A stretch of 64,000 nucleotides of DNA, taken from NCBI RefSeq assembly GCF_902652985.1, contig NC_047017.1:26722001-26786000 (forward strand). Direction: 5' to 3'. Origin of the DNA: Pecten maximus. Taxonomy: Eukaryota. The notes under the pieces were generated by a model that saw only the letters and a list, made by a program, of their open reading frames with translations, made no database searches and was not told the DNA's origin. The translations under genes and the position numbers were made by a program. The stretch's first letter is position 1, and every line of letters starts with the position of its first letter. Of the stretch, positions 38,022 to 51,107 are shown in pieces.

Positions 38022-39850
38022 AGTCACAGTACATCACTACAGCTGTATATGTAGTCACAGTACATCACAATATCTGTGTGTGCGGTCACAGTACATCACT
38101 ACATCTGTATATATAGTCACAGTACATCACAATATCTGTGTGTGCGGTCACAGTACATCACTACATCTGTATATTTAGTCACAGTACATCACAATATCTG
38201 TGTGTGCGGTCACATTATATCACTACATCTGTATATATGTCGTCACAGTACATCACTACATCTGTATATATAGTCACAGTACATCACAACATTTGTATAT
38301 TTAGTCACAGTTCATCACTACATCTGTATATGAAGTCACAGTACATCACAACATCTGTATATTTAGTCACAGTACATCACAATATCTGTGTGTGCGGTCA
38401 CATTACATCACAACATCTGTATATGTCGTCACAGTACATCACAATATCTGTGTGTGCGGTCACATTACATCACAACATCTGTATATTTAGTCACAGTACA
38501 TCACAATATCTGTATATGTATTCACAGTACATCACTACATCTGTATATTTAGTCACAGTACATCACTACATCTGTGTGTGTGGTCACAGTACATCACTAC
38601 ATCTGTATTAGTCACATTACATCACTACATCTGTATATATAGTCACAGTACATCACTACATCTGTATATTTAGTCACAGCACATCACACTATCTGTATAT
38701 ATAGTCACAGCACATCACTACATCTGTATATGTAGTCACAGTACATCACTACAGCTGTATATTTAGTCACAGTACATCACAACATCTGTATATTTAGTCA
38801 CAGTTCATCACTACATCTGTATATAAAGTCACAGTACATCACAACATCTGTATATTTAGTCACAGTACATCACAATATCTGTATATGTATTCACAGTACA
38901 TCACTACATCTGTATATTTAGTCACAGTACATCACTACATCTGTGTGTGTGTGGTCACAGTACATCACTACATCTGTATTAGTCACAGTACATCCCTACA
39001 TCTGTATATTTAGTCACAGCACATCACACTATCTGTGTGTGCGGTCACATTATATCACAACATCTGTATATATAGTCACAGTACATCACTACATCTGTAT
39101 ATGTCGTCACAGTACATCACAATATCTGTGTGTGTGGTCACAGTACATCCCTACATCTGTATATATAGTCGGAGTACATCACAACATTTGTAAATGTAGT
39201 CACAGTACATCACAACAGCTGTATATGTATTCACAAAACATCATAACATCTGTGTGTGTGGTCACAGTACATCACTACATCTGTATATATAGTCACAGTA
39301 CATCACTACATCTGTATATGTATTCACAGTACATCACTACATCTGTGTGTGTGGTCACAGTACATCACTACATCTGTATATTTAGTCACAGCACATCACA
39401 CTATCTGTGTGTGCGGTCACATTACATCACTACATCTGTATATATAGTCACAGTACATCACTACATCTGTATATGTAGTCACAGTACATCACTACAGCTG
39501 TATATATAGTCACAGTACATCACTACATCTGTGTGTGTGGTCACAGTATATCACAACATTTGTATATTTAGTCACAGTTCATCACTACATCTGTATATAA
39601 AGTCACAGTACATCACAACATCTGTATATTTAGTCATAGTACATCACAATATCTGTATATGTATTCACAGTACATCACTACATCTGTATATGTCGTCACA
39701 AAACATCACAATATCTGTATATGTATTCACAGTACATCACTACATCCGTATATGTCGTCACAAAACATCACTACATAATTATGTATATTTAGTCACAGTA
39801 CATCACAACATCTGTGTGTGTGGTCACAGTACATCAAAACATCTGTATTT
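38022..39850. repeat. 31-bp minisatellite, ~59 copies (consensus AGTCACAGTACATCACTACATCTGTATATNT)
   Basis: A period of 31 is read directly (38022, 38053, ...). Variants are concentrated at a few positions. It generates the spurious repetitive ORFs in the track. Confidence 0.97.
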
Positions 39851-39944
39851 ATTTCATACACACGTTCAAAATGATTTTTACTTGCCTGATAATCTTCCTC
39901 TTATTCGTTTCTATTTCACCGTTTCAGAACTATCACACCTCGAT

Positions 39945-41603
39945 ATGGTGTACACATCAGAAACCGAAAGCCTTTTAGGGCCACAAAACACAAAATACAG
40001 ACACCGGAAGCGGAGCATCATCGTGATAACCTTGATTACGATTGTAGTGCTGATTGGAATTACTACTGGATTAGCTTACGGCTACATCTATTGGAAAAAG
40101 AACATAAAAAATGACAAGAAAGTTCATTTAAAACACGTTTTACCGAGTTCTTTTGGCGTTATGTTCAAAATTCAGACTGAAAATTCCTCTGATTCTGTGA
40201 ACGGAAATGTCAAAGAGATCAAGTGGGAAAATGAGCCAAAAACGATCAGATACCATCAGAAAACAGAGCAAATGATTTCCAACGAAAGTATCTTAACGGA
40301 CGTCATCATAATTAACAACAAAGCCGCAGTTTCGTATAAGCTTGGAAATCAGACTTGCTGGATGGACCCAGGGGATTTAAATGTCTTCAAATGGTTTTCA
40401 ATTTTACGACTTATCATGGATTCTATTCAGTCTCATTACACCGAAGAACGTTGTCCTGGACGTATGTGGACAGTACCATACGATGAGCAGAGCGTGTATA
40501 TCTGTATCACCCGCCAGCAAATAGCGTACATCAGGTATGACGACAAAGTCGCAAAATCGCAAGAGTGGCTGGTCCCATCAAGATCGTCCATCAAGATGCC
40601 CAAAGACACACCTAAATGTGAGTCGATGAACCTTGAAATGCCTTCACTACGCATGACTCAACAAACTTATGAACAAAACACTTCTGATTCCATCCGAAAG
40701 AAATCGGAGGATATACAAAACATAGGAATAGTTTATGAACCTCGGGGACAATCAGACGTATTTACAAGAAGCACAAGGCCAGACTGTTTGTTTGTGCACG
40801 GGGTAGGTGTGTCGACACCAAAGACAGGATTCAAAAGTGTCACTAGCCTTGATTACTGGGGTCACATTGAGAGAAACACCCCACAATGTTCATCACACAG
40901 GTTTATTCAGTTCAACACAGTCGACAATGGTTGGGACTCTACATTACTGCACCAGATGTTTTGTGAGTTTGCCACAGGCTCCAACTTGGGGGGAAGCATT
41001 TCCAACAAGATCATATTTTCACATTCCATGGGAAACAACATCATCGCGGCCGCGCTCCACCGCAAGGTTTGTACTTTCGATAAACAATCAAGTGAATGGT
41101 TCTCCGTGTCTGCGCCTTGGCGTGGAAGCAAGGTGGCAGACAAACTCCAAAACCTTTGTGCTGGTCACTTTGGTCCGAGCCACCACATATCCCATAATAT
41201 ATTGAGATTGATATTAGGACACACAAAGTTCTGCACAAAGGCCGGGAAAATGTCGCCAGCTTATAAAACACTGCAACCTGCATACAAGTCCACGACAGGC
41301 GTCTCCTTTGACGATCTGATATCTGTGGCTAGTCTCTATGTTAACGGGGCACTGTGTGGTACGTCTCCATGGGGTATGGGTCTAAACATCGCCTTCAGTG
41401 GGGCTTTGGATTTCGTCCAGGGTTTCTCACATCTTGAGACGCCTGATGACGGCGTCGTGGCACTAAGCAGCTGTGATGTCCTTGGCAGAAAATTCCAAAA
41501 ATCATGGAAGGACAAATTTTACATGGCATCTGTTAACCATCTTGAGAGTTCGACTTCATATGGCTGTCCTACGCCTCTCTGTTCATGGTATAAACACTTA
41601 TAG
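39945..41603 (+). CDS. Uncharacterised type II membrane alpha/beta-hydrolase (lipase/esterase-like), 552 aa, single coding exon
   Basis: The true start is probably MVYTSETESLL at 39945, after acceptor-like GTTTCAG at 39921-39927; the 690-aa track ORF is extended by the minisatellite. TM IIVITLITIVVLIGITTGLAYGYIYW, then CLFVHGVG, SHSMG, APWRGS, DDG and VNH. Confidence 0.88.
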   Translation: MVYTSETESLLGPQNTKYRHRKRSIIVITLITIVVLIGITTGLAYGYIYWKKNIKNDKKVHLKHVLPSSFGVMFKIQTENSSDSVNGNVKEIKWENEPKTIRYHQKTEQMISNESILTDVIIINNKAAVSYKLGNQTCWMDPGDLNVFKWFSILRLIMDSIQSHYTEERCPGRMWTVPYDEQSVYICITRQQIAYIRYDDKVAKSQEWLVPSRSSIKMPKDTPKCESMNLEMPSLRMTQQTYEQNTSDSIRKKSEDIQNIGIVYEPRGQSDVFTRSTRPDCLFVHGVGVSTPKTGFKSVTSLDYWGHIERNTPQCSSHRFIQFNTVDNGWDSTLLHQMFCEFATGSNLGGSISNKIIFSHSMGNNIIAAALHRKVCTFDKQSSEWFSVSAPWRGSKVADKLQNLCAGHFGPSHHISHNILRLILGHTKFCTKAGKMSPAYKTLQPAYKSTTGVSFDDLISVASLYVNGALCGTSPWGMGLNIAFSGALDFVQGFSHLETPDDGVVALSSCDVLGRKFQKSWKDKFYMASVNHLESSTSYGCPTPLCSWYKHL

Positions 41604-44600
41604 AGCAATCGTGGATTTTGTGGATTAAACATTCTTTCTTCATTCATTCTTTTGACAAATATGTATGAATATGAATGTAGCTTAAACATTACCAGTTTAT
41701 TTACAATACGCAATGGCTATTTTTTCGCTGCACCGCTAATATGACGTCGTTTTTTTTGTTTTTTGTTTTGATCTTTGATTCTCCAACTTGGTCTTTGTCA
41801 TAATAATAGGGGCGCAATCGGACAAAATGTCACTTACAAATGATGATATCGGATGTATATAACAAGTACATTAAGGAAATTATTTATCACCTGCAAATAA
41901 ACGTAGGAAATATTTGTTATCAATGTTTTAATAGAATATATTAATTTTCAACTTATTAATGATATATGAATTGTCATTGTTCTTAAAGTCGGTTCATCTT
42001 TATAGTAAAACAAAAATTCTTGAATATTAATACATGTGACAATATTAAGATTCTTTTTTTTGATGAATGAATGATTAACTTTGTAAGATGGCTTTGTTCT
42101 TTAATGTATATGCTTTGTTATCCAATAGTTGTAAAAGTTTAACCTGTCGCTGGGTTGGTTGTAGTTCACACCACGATACTAAAAATTTCTTTAAGAAGAT
42201 GTTGATTTAAAATCGTATTATCGTTTTCCACAGAAGAAATGGATGGCACTGAAATAAAAATATTGTAAATTGTGTGTATTGTAAATTATAAAATGGCAAA
42301 CGGGGCTTTTTGACAACTTTTGATGTTCCTGTAGTGATGTAAATAAAAAGAATTATGTTAATTATATTTGTAGCATCGTGCAATAATTCGATATTCTTCT
42401 CATATTCTTTTCATTAATGACACGTTGTGTTATTTCTCATTATTCTTAGATTATGTATTACCCAGTAACCACTTTTAAATATTTACAAATGAAATATTTT
42501 TAACGTGTAATTTAAATGATGTTGGTAATAAAATACAAAAACAATGTATCAGATAATCTTGATTATGTTTGCACTTATTGATATCGTGTGTGTCATGTTT
42601 ACTAATAAAATGCAATATTCAAACGCAGCAATGATCAAAGCATCTGTATCATAGATGTTTACGTCTAGGAACAGGTGAAATATAAAAAAAAAACTTGTAC
42701 CCGAAAATGCAAAAAGCAATGCAGTATTGAGAACCTTTAGCTAACATTGAAAAAAACTGTATTGACATGACATATAACATAGACAATTCTGATTGAATAT
42801 ACATGTATACATTTTGTTTAAGTGTCACATACACCGGTAGGTACATGTATATTGTTTTGTCGGGAATTATTATCAGATTAACTGTATTAGCATATGTATT
42901 GCGTCAACCTTGCTTTTATGTGCATAAAACATTTACTTGTAGAATACATCGCATTAAATGTATATAATGTTTATTCATTATCCAGTTTTACAATTATTTA
43001 CTATTATGAATAAAGGTTTGATTAATAAACCAAATATATTTCGTTTTCAAATATCCTTAACGCACCCTTTTGTTAGCTGGATATTGAAATGACGCATATT
43101 TATAGTTTTACTCTACTATATAACATTTCACTGATACTCTTTTTTCAATTAACCATTTATTTTGCTATTCAATTTCATTGGTGTATCTATGATCTACTTT
43201 GTATTATTGTGATCGAAAGTACAAAAGAAAATGCGGCGTTGTTTAAAAGGCTAATTTTTACAGAGATAGAAAAAGTCCTCTTAAAATTTAACTATCTGTT
43301 CATGTTTATACTTTTAGCTTGTTTAGTAATAATAATGTTAAACATGTCATTACGGCGAAGACTAAATTATGTGTGTATCGTTATGCATCAATTGAGAACA
43401 CTGAGCTGCGTGTTACTACACTTCCGTATATACGTGTATATGTATAAACACCATTATACAATTATCCACCAGTTTGTAGGTGAATACATTGGTTTATCAA
43501 CCTGAGAAACTGATATTTCCCGAGGCTGTCGTTTAAGACTCTTTGTCGCAGCTTGAAAAGCGTTTCGTTTTTAGCTAATGACTGTATATGATATCGATGT
43601 CAGAATGGATTGTAAAGGACCAATTAATCGTCGTAACGAAAACAACGAATCCTTTGTAACACTTTAGATGGTCGGGTGGCACAGTGACGACTACGTGGGA
43701 TTTCCCTCTACTGTAAGAACCCTGGAGCGCTTCAATCCAGGTTAACCAGAAAGATTAGTATAAGTTGATATAACTTGTTTCACAATTGTTGTAAAATAAA
43801 TCAAGTTTACTTTTTACATTTGTAATGTGAACCTTTCTTACTGATCTCACCCTCGGCATCAAATTTAGTAGAAAGTCATCTAAATGAGCAGCTGACAGGG
43901 TGTCAGTTGGCTCTCTTTTCCCTGTAGAAAGCATCGGAATAATTTTTCTGAGACGTCTGCCTGTCATCTTGTCGACTAATTTCAACAGCAACCGCCGATC
44001 TAGAAGCGCGCTGATTGATTTTGTTTTATTTGACGTCGTGATTTTTTTTTTTTTTTTATAATTTTGACGTCATGGAATGAGGGAAGTCCCAGGTTACTAC
44101 ATTATGTTAAGAACTCGTGTTCTTGGATTGCTATATCAACCCGGGGCGCTGATTTGTGGTTGACAAAATGTTTGAGTCAAGTTAGAATGTTTAGAATATT
44201 CATCAGGAAAAGGGGAAAACAATATCATTTTATAACGTTCTATACGTACACTTGAGTCATACAAACGTGTTTGTCGAATGGATTGTATACTGATACAATA
44301 ACAAGGAAATATTAACGAATGGTCAAAAATAAATACAGAAAAGTCGTTATTTCAAAATTGTTTTTAAGCGATGCCATATCATATTCCCTCCAAAGGCCGG
44401 CAGCCATACAAAACGGAGAATTCATGTAGATTTACTTTTATGTAACACCACTACGTTAAAAGATTTATCAATAAATTCACACCATTAAACCTTCTTGTTT
44501 CTCTCCCTTTTTTTTTATTAAATTGTAATTATGGAGTAGCAATCATCTGCTTTGTTAAGTCTTCATAAAATGTGGTATTGCTGCTTGAAAGATGCCGCAT

Positions 44601-45199
44601 CGTCATCAATAATTTCCTTATTATACATTCATTGATGTATTTAAAAAGCTCCTGACATAACGATAGGGATAATCTATTATACAGAGCTACCACACAAAGG
44701 CTGGTTGTAATGGACATTCAATATTTACATACCAGAGAGAGACATATGTTCAGTCTCAGTATCAAAGCTTCTTATAGACGCAGTAAAATGTGTCAAGGAT
44801 TGGAATCGTATGTAGAAAAATGACAACACTAAATAAACCATGACATCATCAAATAAAAAAAACTTTTCTTACCATGTCAGACATCGTTTCTGATAATTCT
44901 TGAAACACTTCGCACACATGCCAATCTCTTGATCATCAGTAAAGTTATTACCATCTGCTTTTAAAACACCAAGCAGCTAATTGAGCTGGGGAAGTCTTAT
45001 GTTTCTGGCAGATTTCTTGGTTTTAATGTTTCTCCTTTAAAACACTTCGTCTTCGTCAGATGCAATTTTATAAATAAGACAGAAGCGCTTTGATATGATC
45101 TTTCAAATCATCGACATAGGAACTATTGAACAAAATGTAAAAAGTAATGTCAAAAGAACAATGGAATTGGGGTATATGGATTTTGGTTAATAGTTAATT

Positions 45200-45440
45200 T
45201 TGTTCAACGTTCTGTTAACCGCCATGGCCATTTAAGGATGAGCCAGAGGTTTTGGGAGTGGAGGACAACCGGATTATCCGGGTGAAATAACGGCCTATTG
45301 TTAGTACAAGGCAACTGCCCCGCGTGGATTTCAAGTTTTCAAGTTTATTTTATTTTATTTTATTTCGAACTCGCGACCCAGAGATGGAGGGATAGTGATA
45401 AAGTGTCGGGACACCTTAACCACTCGGCCACCGCGACCCC
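45200..45440 (-). mobile_element. tRNA-derived SINE (same family as 11821), with a short internal AT-rich insertion
   Basis: The reverse complement starts GGGGTCGCGGTGGCCGAGTGGTTAAGGTGTCCCGACACTTTATCACT and continues GTTCGAA...GGGGCAGTTGCC...CCTTAAATG, matching 11821-12020. Confidence 0.88.
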
Positions 45441-45544
45441 AATGCGGTTGCTGAGTATAATGGGTATATTGTTGCAAGAGTTGCTTTGTCACTATCAGTC
45501 ATGTGACATATCGTATTAATTATAATAGCAATGGTCATACTGTA

Positions 45545-45720
45545 TAAGGACATGACCTACACAAGTCGGCATTACATATTAGGGAAGTCGCATGTGTACA
45601 TTAAGGTTTGGAGTGCAACAGGGTGTTCTGCTATCTCCACTTGAATTCAACATGTCATTGTGGTGACAATCAAAGCTAAAAATCTACACTTTGCACAAAT
45701 GGTGCAGTTCTGATTTTTGG
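45545..45720 (+). mobile_element. Very degenerate LINE reverse-transcriptase fragment (RTE-like)
   Basis: From 45607 it translates FGVQQGVLLSPLEFNM, resembling the GVRQGxxLSPxLFN motif of non-LTR RTs; the flanks are decayed. Confidence 0.45.
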
Positions 45721-47339
45721 GCAGGATTAGGGTAAGTGATGCAGCTCTCTATTTGCTAAATAATTTTGAATGGACTGAATATGGAAGACATTTGTTTACC
45801 AAAAAAAAAGACTCTTTCCACAAAATGCTCAATAAAAGTATCACTTGCGATATATGTACTGTTTTAGTATTTTGGTATTTAGTTTATGATTTATTAAAAA
45901 AAACAATATCTGTTTTGTGTCAACCTGCATTCTTAGTTTAGAAAAGCTATGTAATTAGTTAATTAGGGAAGTGCACTCGCAACTAATTTGGGAACCAACT
46001 TTAATGCAACAAAGCAATGTATCGGCAAATGGTCTCTAAGAGTAAACAAATCTTTTGGCCGACCCTATTTGAAATTAACATTGATGGAAACCTCACCTTT
46101 GAATTAGATCAGCAGAACCAAACATTAATCAAGCTTCATTATACGTCTATTTTTGTCCGTCTAGGACTGCTAGTGATTATAAGGGCAAACCCATATCATG
46201 AATGCCTCATCTTAAATCTGAAGGTGTACCTCCCTTTTTTCATTGTGTATGTTTCATATTTCCTAGATCCACCTAACTTAAAAATGAGTTGCGATAACTT
46301 TCCACAGGAATGCATATATCAGCAACTATGTACAATAAAGAGATTCTGTAGTTAAACATACTGTATTTCGAACATATCTACAATCAAGCATGTCATCTAT
46401 GAGATGTTACACTCTTCCCTTGCACTTATTTGTTTTAAAGTATTATGCTGCTTTTTGATATTGATAATCAAGATATAATATGTGTCAAAAAATTACAATG
46501 AGACTAATGTAAATCGAAAATTGTGATATTTAGGTGTTTACTATTAGTTTTTTTATTATACGTTAATTATTTTAATTGCTTTTCAGACATTCTTGATCTG
46601 GAATAGATATATCAATTTTTAAAATCAATTAGAAATTACCCGACCTTCATTTTCACGTATTTAAGTTACTGGATATCGTTTACCTCACTCAGGCCTGAAT
46701 ACTTTGATTATCAAGCACTGGTGTAGGTAGTTTTGACCAAAAAATGAACTCATGTGGTGTGAAACAAGGCATACATTAATCTGCCATATACAGTCGAACG
46801 ATATACCACCTCTATGGAAGTATGATAAAGGATCAGCTTTAATAGGAGGTGTCGATTCCCAAACTCGATCCATCCTAAATTTGTTTAAATACCCTACCAC
46901 TATTTGCTGTATATAAGCGACAGGCGAACGCGTTAGAGTTTAGGTTTAAGGTCATTGTTTATTCTCTCCACTCCCCACACTGGTGACTGGGGTACTTGCC
47001 GATTCATGGACTGGTGATACGTAAGTGGGATTTGTGGCGGATTAAACATATTTCACAGGAGAACACAGAGACAAATTAACTATGGTAAAAGGTGAGTAGA
47101 AGTAAATCAAAGCTCACTTGATCATGATGAATTCAATCATGCACTTATTTATACAGTGAACAAGTTCATTTATGGAACAACTCATATAGTGAATACTATG
47201 TTCTTTTTTCATTCATAGCTAAAGATTATAAGAAAATCAATATTAAACATCAATTACCTTTACCTAGTTTAGTTACCATTGCTAAGGAGATGATTTCATA
47301 TGTTGTCCTCATGTCCTCAGTTCTATATAGTCGATAGTT

Positions 47340-47410
47340 GTTTATAGGACGTTAAAACAATACAAAACCAATCAACAATACAAAACCAATCAACAATACA
47401 AAACCAATCA
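47340..47410 (+). repeat. SINE-tail remnant with 18-bp tandem repeat (CAATACAAAACCAATCAA) x3
   Basis: TATAGGACGTTAAAA (same 3' end as the SINEs at 11821 and ~60280) followed by the repeat. Confidence 0.55.
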
Positions 47411-50400
47411 TTTGATCATTAAAGAAAAGTGAGGCAATCAAATTAATCGTCAGTTATCATGTTTCGTTCATTCCAATCTAGGTTACGTTATTACAGAACA
47501 AATGCGTTCATTTTTTTTTTTTCACGATGATATAGCGTAAACGAGTAAATGGTATACATATACCAAAGGATAACAACACTATTACCTACATTGTACCCAT
47601 TTGTCTAGTTGCTTTTATGAGTCTAAACCTAACTTCAGTCCATTTTGAATACATAGTAAATAGTTTACTTTTACTACAATGAAAAATTGAATTTCGTTAA
47701 AATTAGACATACCTACATATACCTACTTATCGCTTAAACAGAAGCTGTCCATTATTGTTATTACATTTGTAAATTGACGAACTATAAGTTGATTTCAAAT
47801 ATGCCTCTTTGATCATTAAATCAATGATATCATTTAATGTGTTTATTTAACGAAAATATGGTTACAGGAAGCATGATATGGATACCGTATTTGAGTGACA
47901 CACCTATGACAGAATGGCGTACCTGGATTAGACAGTTATATCAACAATTTGGTTTTATCGTGACAGTCTATTGTATCCAGGGGATATTCTCCCCGATAAT
48001 CCTTATATTACGACACTTTTTAAATAAAACCTACTCCAATATCAATATTGACTGTATTTACTAGCATTTAGATCAATAGTTTGTTATTAAGAATTCACAT
48101 GATGTTATTGCTGGGAATGTGTGCTCCATTCGATGACATAACGATAAATGATTGCCTTTATTCATACGTTGTCACTGTAAAATGTTTCAGTACAGCTGCT
48201 ACAATGAAGAAAGCGGAAGCGTAAACCCGGTACTCGACTTTGGAATAACACTGGTTCGTGACACTGTAAGTCAAGCGCATCGTTGTTTCCATATTTCAAG
48301 ACCGTATACTAATTAATGTTATCATTTAAACAGATAAAATGAGTAAAATAAACCTGAAGAATTTGTCGATTCATTTCATCATCTACTTAATGATTTTTTT
48401 AAATACATTTGACCTCTTTTCTTTTATATAATATATAAGTTGATGTCAATCCCATATGATTTGCTGACACTTATTTTAGGGAATTGGCACTATTTTGCAG
48501 GCAGATATTCCTTTCTTATCACTTACACTTTACACAACAGATTTTAGAAAACATACACTCTTTAGGAAATGATGAAATTAATTCACCTAAGACTACTGAC
48601 TAATTAGGTAGGACCCTGCTTCTGCGTATCTTATAGTTCTCGGGTAACGAAAGTTTTTTTGTAAAATTAGAGTTTATGTCATTAACTTTATCAGCTTGAG
48701 GCTGACAAGGAAATAACATGGTAAGAACCACCTGTGGTGCCTAAAATGGTTGCTTAACAAGTGACTACAAAAGTTGTTTTATTGGGGTGTACATCAATTT
48801 TGAATTGCTCGAAGCAGGAACTTCAATTTACAATCCATTTTTGTTTTTTACTTAAAACTTCTCAATCACAAGGATAACTACTCTCGGCACGTTAATCGCG
48901 GTTAGACCAATTTTATCTTTATTTTTTATATTGTTACTTTTCTATTTATATATGTTAAAATACTGTTGTCTGCAAAATTACCTAACATCAAAGTTGGTTT
49001 TTTAAATGCTGTATCCCCGTAAAAGAGGCACAAATAAAATAGCTGCCGATTGCTGTAAACAGTAACTACACCCCCGATGACCTCTTTCGTACAGAACGGT
49101 ATATCAATACATTTTACCACAAGCTTGCTGACTTGAAGAGACCTTACTTATTATCTTATACGTTATTATATACCACAAAAACAGGATAGTGTAACCAATT
49201 GAAGTATGACTTAAATTCCACACTGAATGATAAATGGGATAATTTCTTCACTACCGGTATCAATTACATGTAAACGTACAATATTGGGAGTTAAAACTCT
49301 ATTTAAATGTAGATATTGTCCATACATGTTCTTTGTGATATAAAGTCTTGTAACGTTAAAATAGGGATTCCCTAGTCGTAAACGAGGACAGAAGAAAGGA
49401 ATTAGATTACGATCAGTTATTTTCCTGTCGATTACATGCAATATGCGTTGCATATCTAAATGTAAAAAAATGACTCCATTCATATTTACCAGACTAAGGC
49501 CACATTCCGTATCCTGATACCCATTGCTCTGAAGGTGAAAGAGCTGTCCAGTATAAATTTATCAAACATTTGTCTAGGGGAAGCATGAACGTGCAGACCA
49601 CATGAGTAGGTTGTGTACAGTGGAGTCAATGTCAACACGCACGTGCACTTGATAGCAAGAATTATTGACTTAGAAAATGTTTTAGATAGGCTTATACCTT
49701 TGAAGTGGTTCAAACATACCTCCATCATTTTTCGTATCCAAAATAGAATTATGTTTGAAACACAGTATTTACCTGATACTTGTATAGAAAATATATTGAG
49801 CAATGGGATAGTGTACACTCTAAATCTTAAATTATTGTATGATCTTTTAATCTAATATCCCTAATGGTTATGTGTATCCGACAAAATTTAGTCTTAATTA
49901 TTCTTAATAGAGAAAGGATATATGCTAAAAGGAGGCTCTAATCAATAATTTTTAAATTTTTAATCTATCATATTTGGTATAATCTGTTTAATTGGTGATT
50001 AAATCCTGGAATTTTCGTAGACTTTACGTATTTCTTGTTTTAATTGTGACGTCATTTATTTAATAGATCGATTTTTTTTTATCTTTATAAAAATACAATG
50101 TAGTAAATAGGTAAATATGGAGGTATACTTCGTGTTGTGCATTTAATTACTCCGGGCAAATTACTTAAATAAAAATACATTAATTTGTATAATATTACAA
50201 AATATAAAATATGCTTCGTTTAATACCAAATCTTTATTAATCTTGTTCAAAAGAAAATCCTCGAGTTCTATTACCATTCTGAGAATGCCCGTCGAATTTT
50301 GTTTGTTTTGTATTATTAGGTATGGGCGTATTTCATCCACAAAATGTAAAAACCTTGTTTATCATCGAACCGTAAACAAAACATTAATAGTTACACAAAT

Positions 50401-51107
50401 TAAGTTATAGAAATGTTGCTTCAATGCAAACACTTACGCTCGCAAACCTGTTTATTACAAGTATTTAACTTTGATTTTATCAGATGTTATTCTTGTTAAA
50501 AGTCACTTAAGTTACGTCTCTATCTACAGGGCTCCAGACAGATCACACGAGATCGCTCAAGGAGACCACCGGTCCTTACCAATCTGTGTTTGCATTAAGC
50601 CAATCGCTAGCCTATCAGCAAAACAGACCCGACTTTTACATCCATGACAATTCGGCCAATGCTGTTATTATTATAGAAGCAACAATACACAAGGGAATAT
50701 GTGAAACCTATCTATCGAAAGAAGGTGTAACAACATAATGACCGTCGCTTTTGTTGGAATGAAGTGGCGTGAAAATACAACAGACGCATTGTCAGTTTAT
50801 TCAAGGACATGGACGTTTCACTGGATTAGTGATCAGCCATTTATATCTAATTTTTAAATTCCTTCTCATAATAGGCAAATATCTACCAGGTACTTCATAG
50901 TGTGGGTTAGTTTTGTCACATGTTGAATTTCTTTACGATCACATACTTCAGGCGATTAGACGTTTACATGAATATTGAAAAGGAAAGGTGATTATCTTAC
51001 CAATATTTCTTTAATTTTAAAAGTATATATGTATTGACAAAAGAACAATTGTTTTGCTATTTGCACAAACTTTCTTTTGAAAACAGAAAAAAACATAAGT
51101 TTCAACA

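Noticed and set aside
38022-39850. CRISPR-like array, or repetitive His/Cys/Tyr-rich proteins (ORFs 38076-39509 and the first 138 aa of the 690-aa ORF)
   Set aside because: Units are contiguous with no unique spacers and no cas genes, and the context is eukaryotic. A 31-nt period cycles through all frames, so the ORFs are repeat artefacts.
28159-41603. Bacterial or protist contaminant contig explaining the intronless hydrolases
   Set aside because: The genes are embedded in continuous AT-rich DNA carrying host-type repeats, have splice acceptors and dileucine sorting motifs, and no N gap separates them from the C1q cluster.
43755-45120. Possible decayed minus-strand exons (43830-44010, 44870-45115)
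   Set aside because: Splice-like signals and coding-like composition, but internal stops in the candidate frames and no recognisable protein motif.
48926-49855. Cluster of short ORFs suggesting a gene or transposase remnant
   Set aside because: No recognisable motifs or consistent frame.
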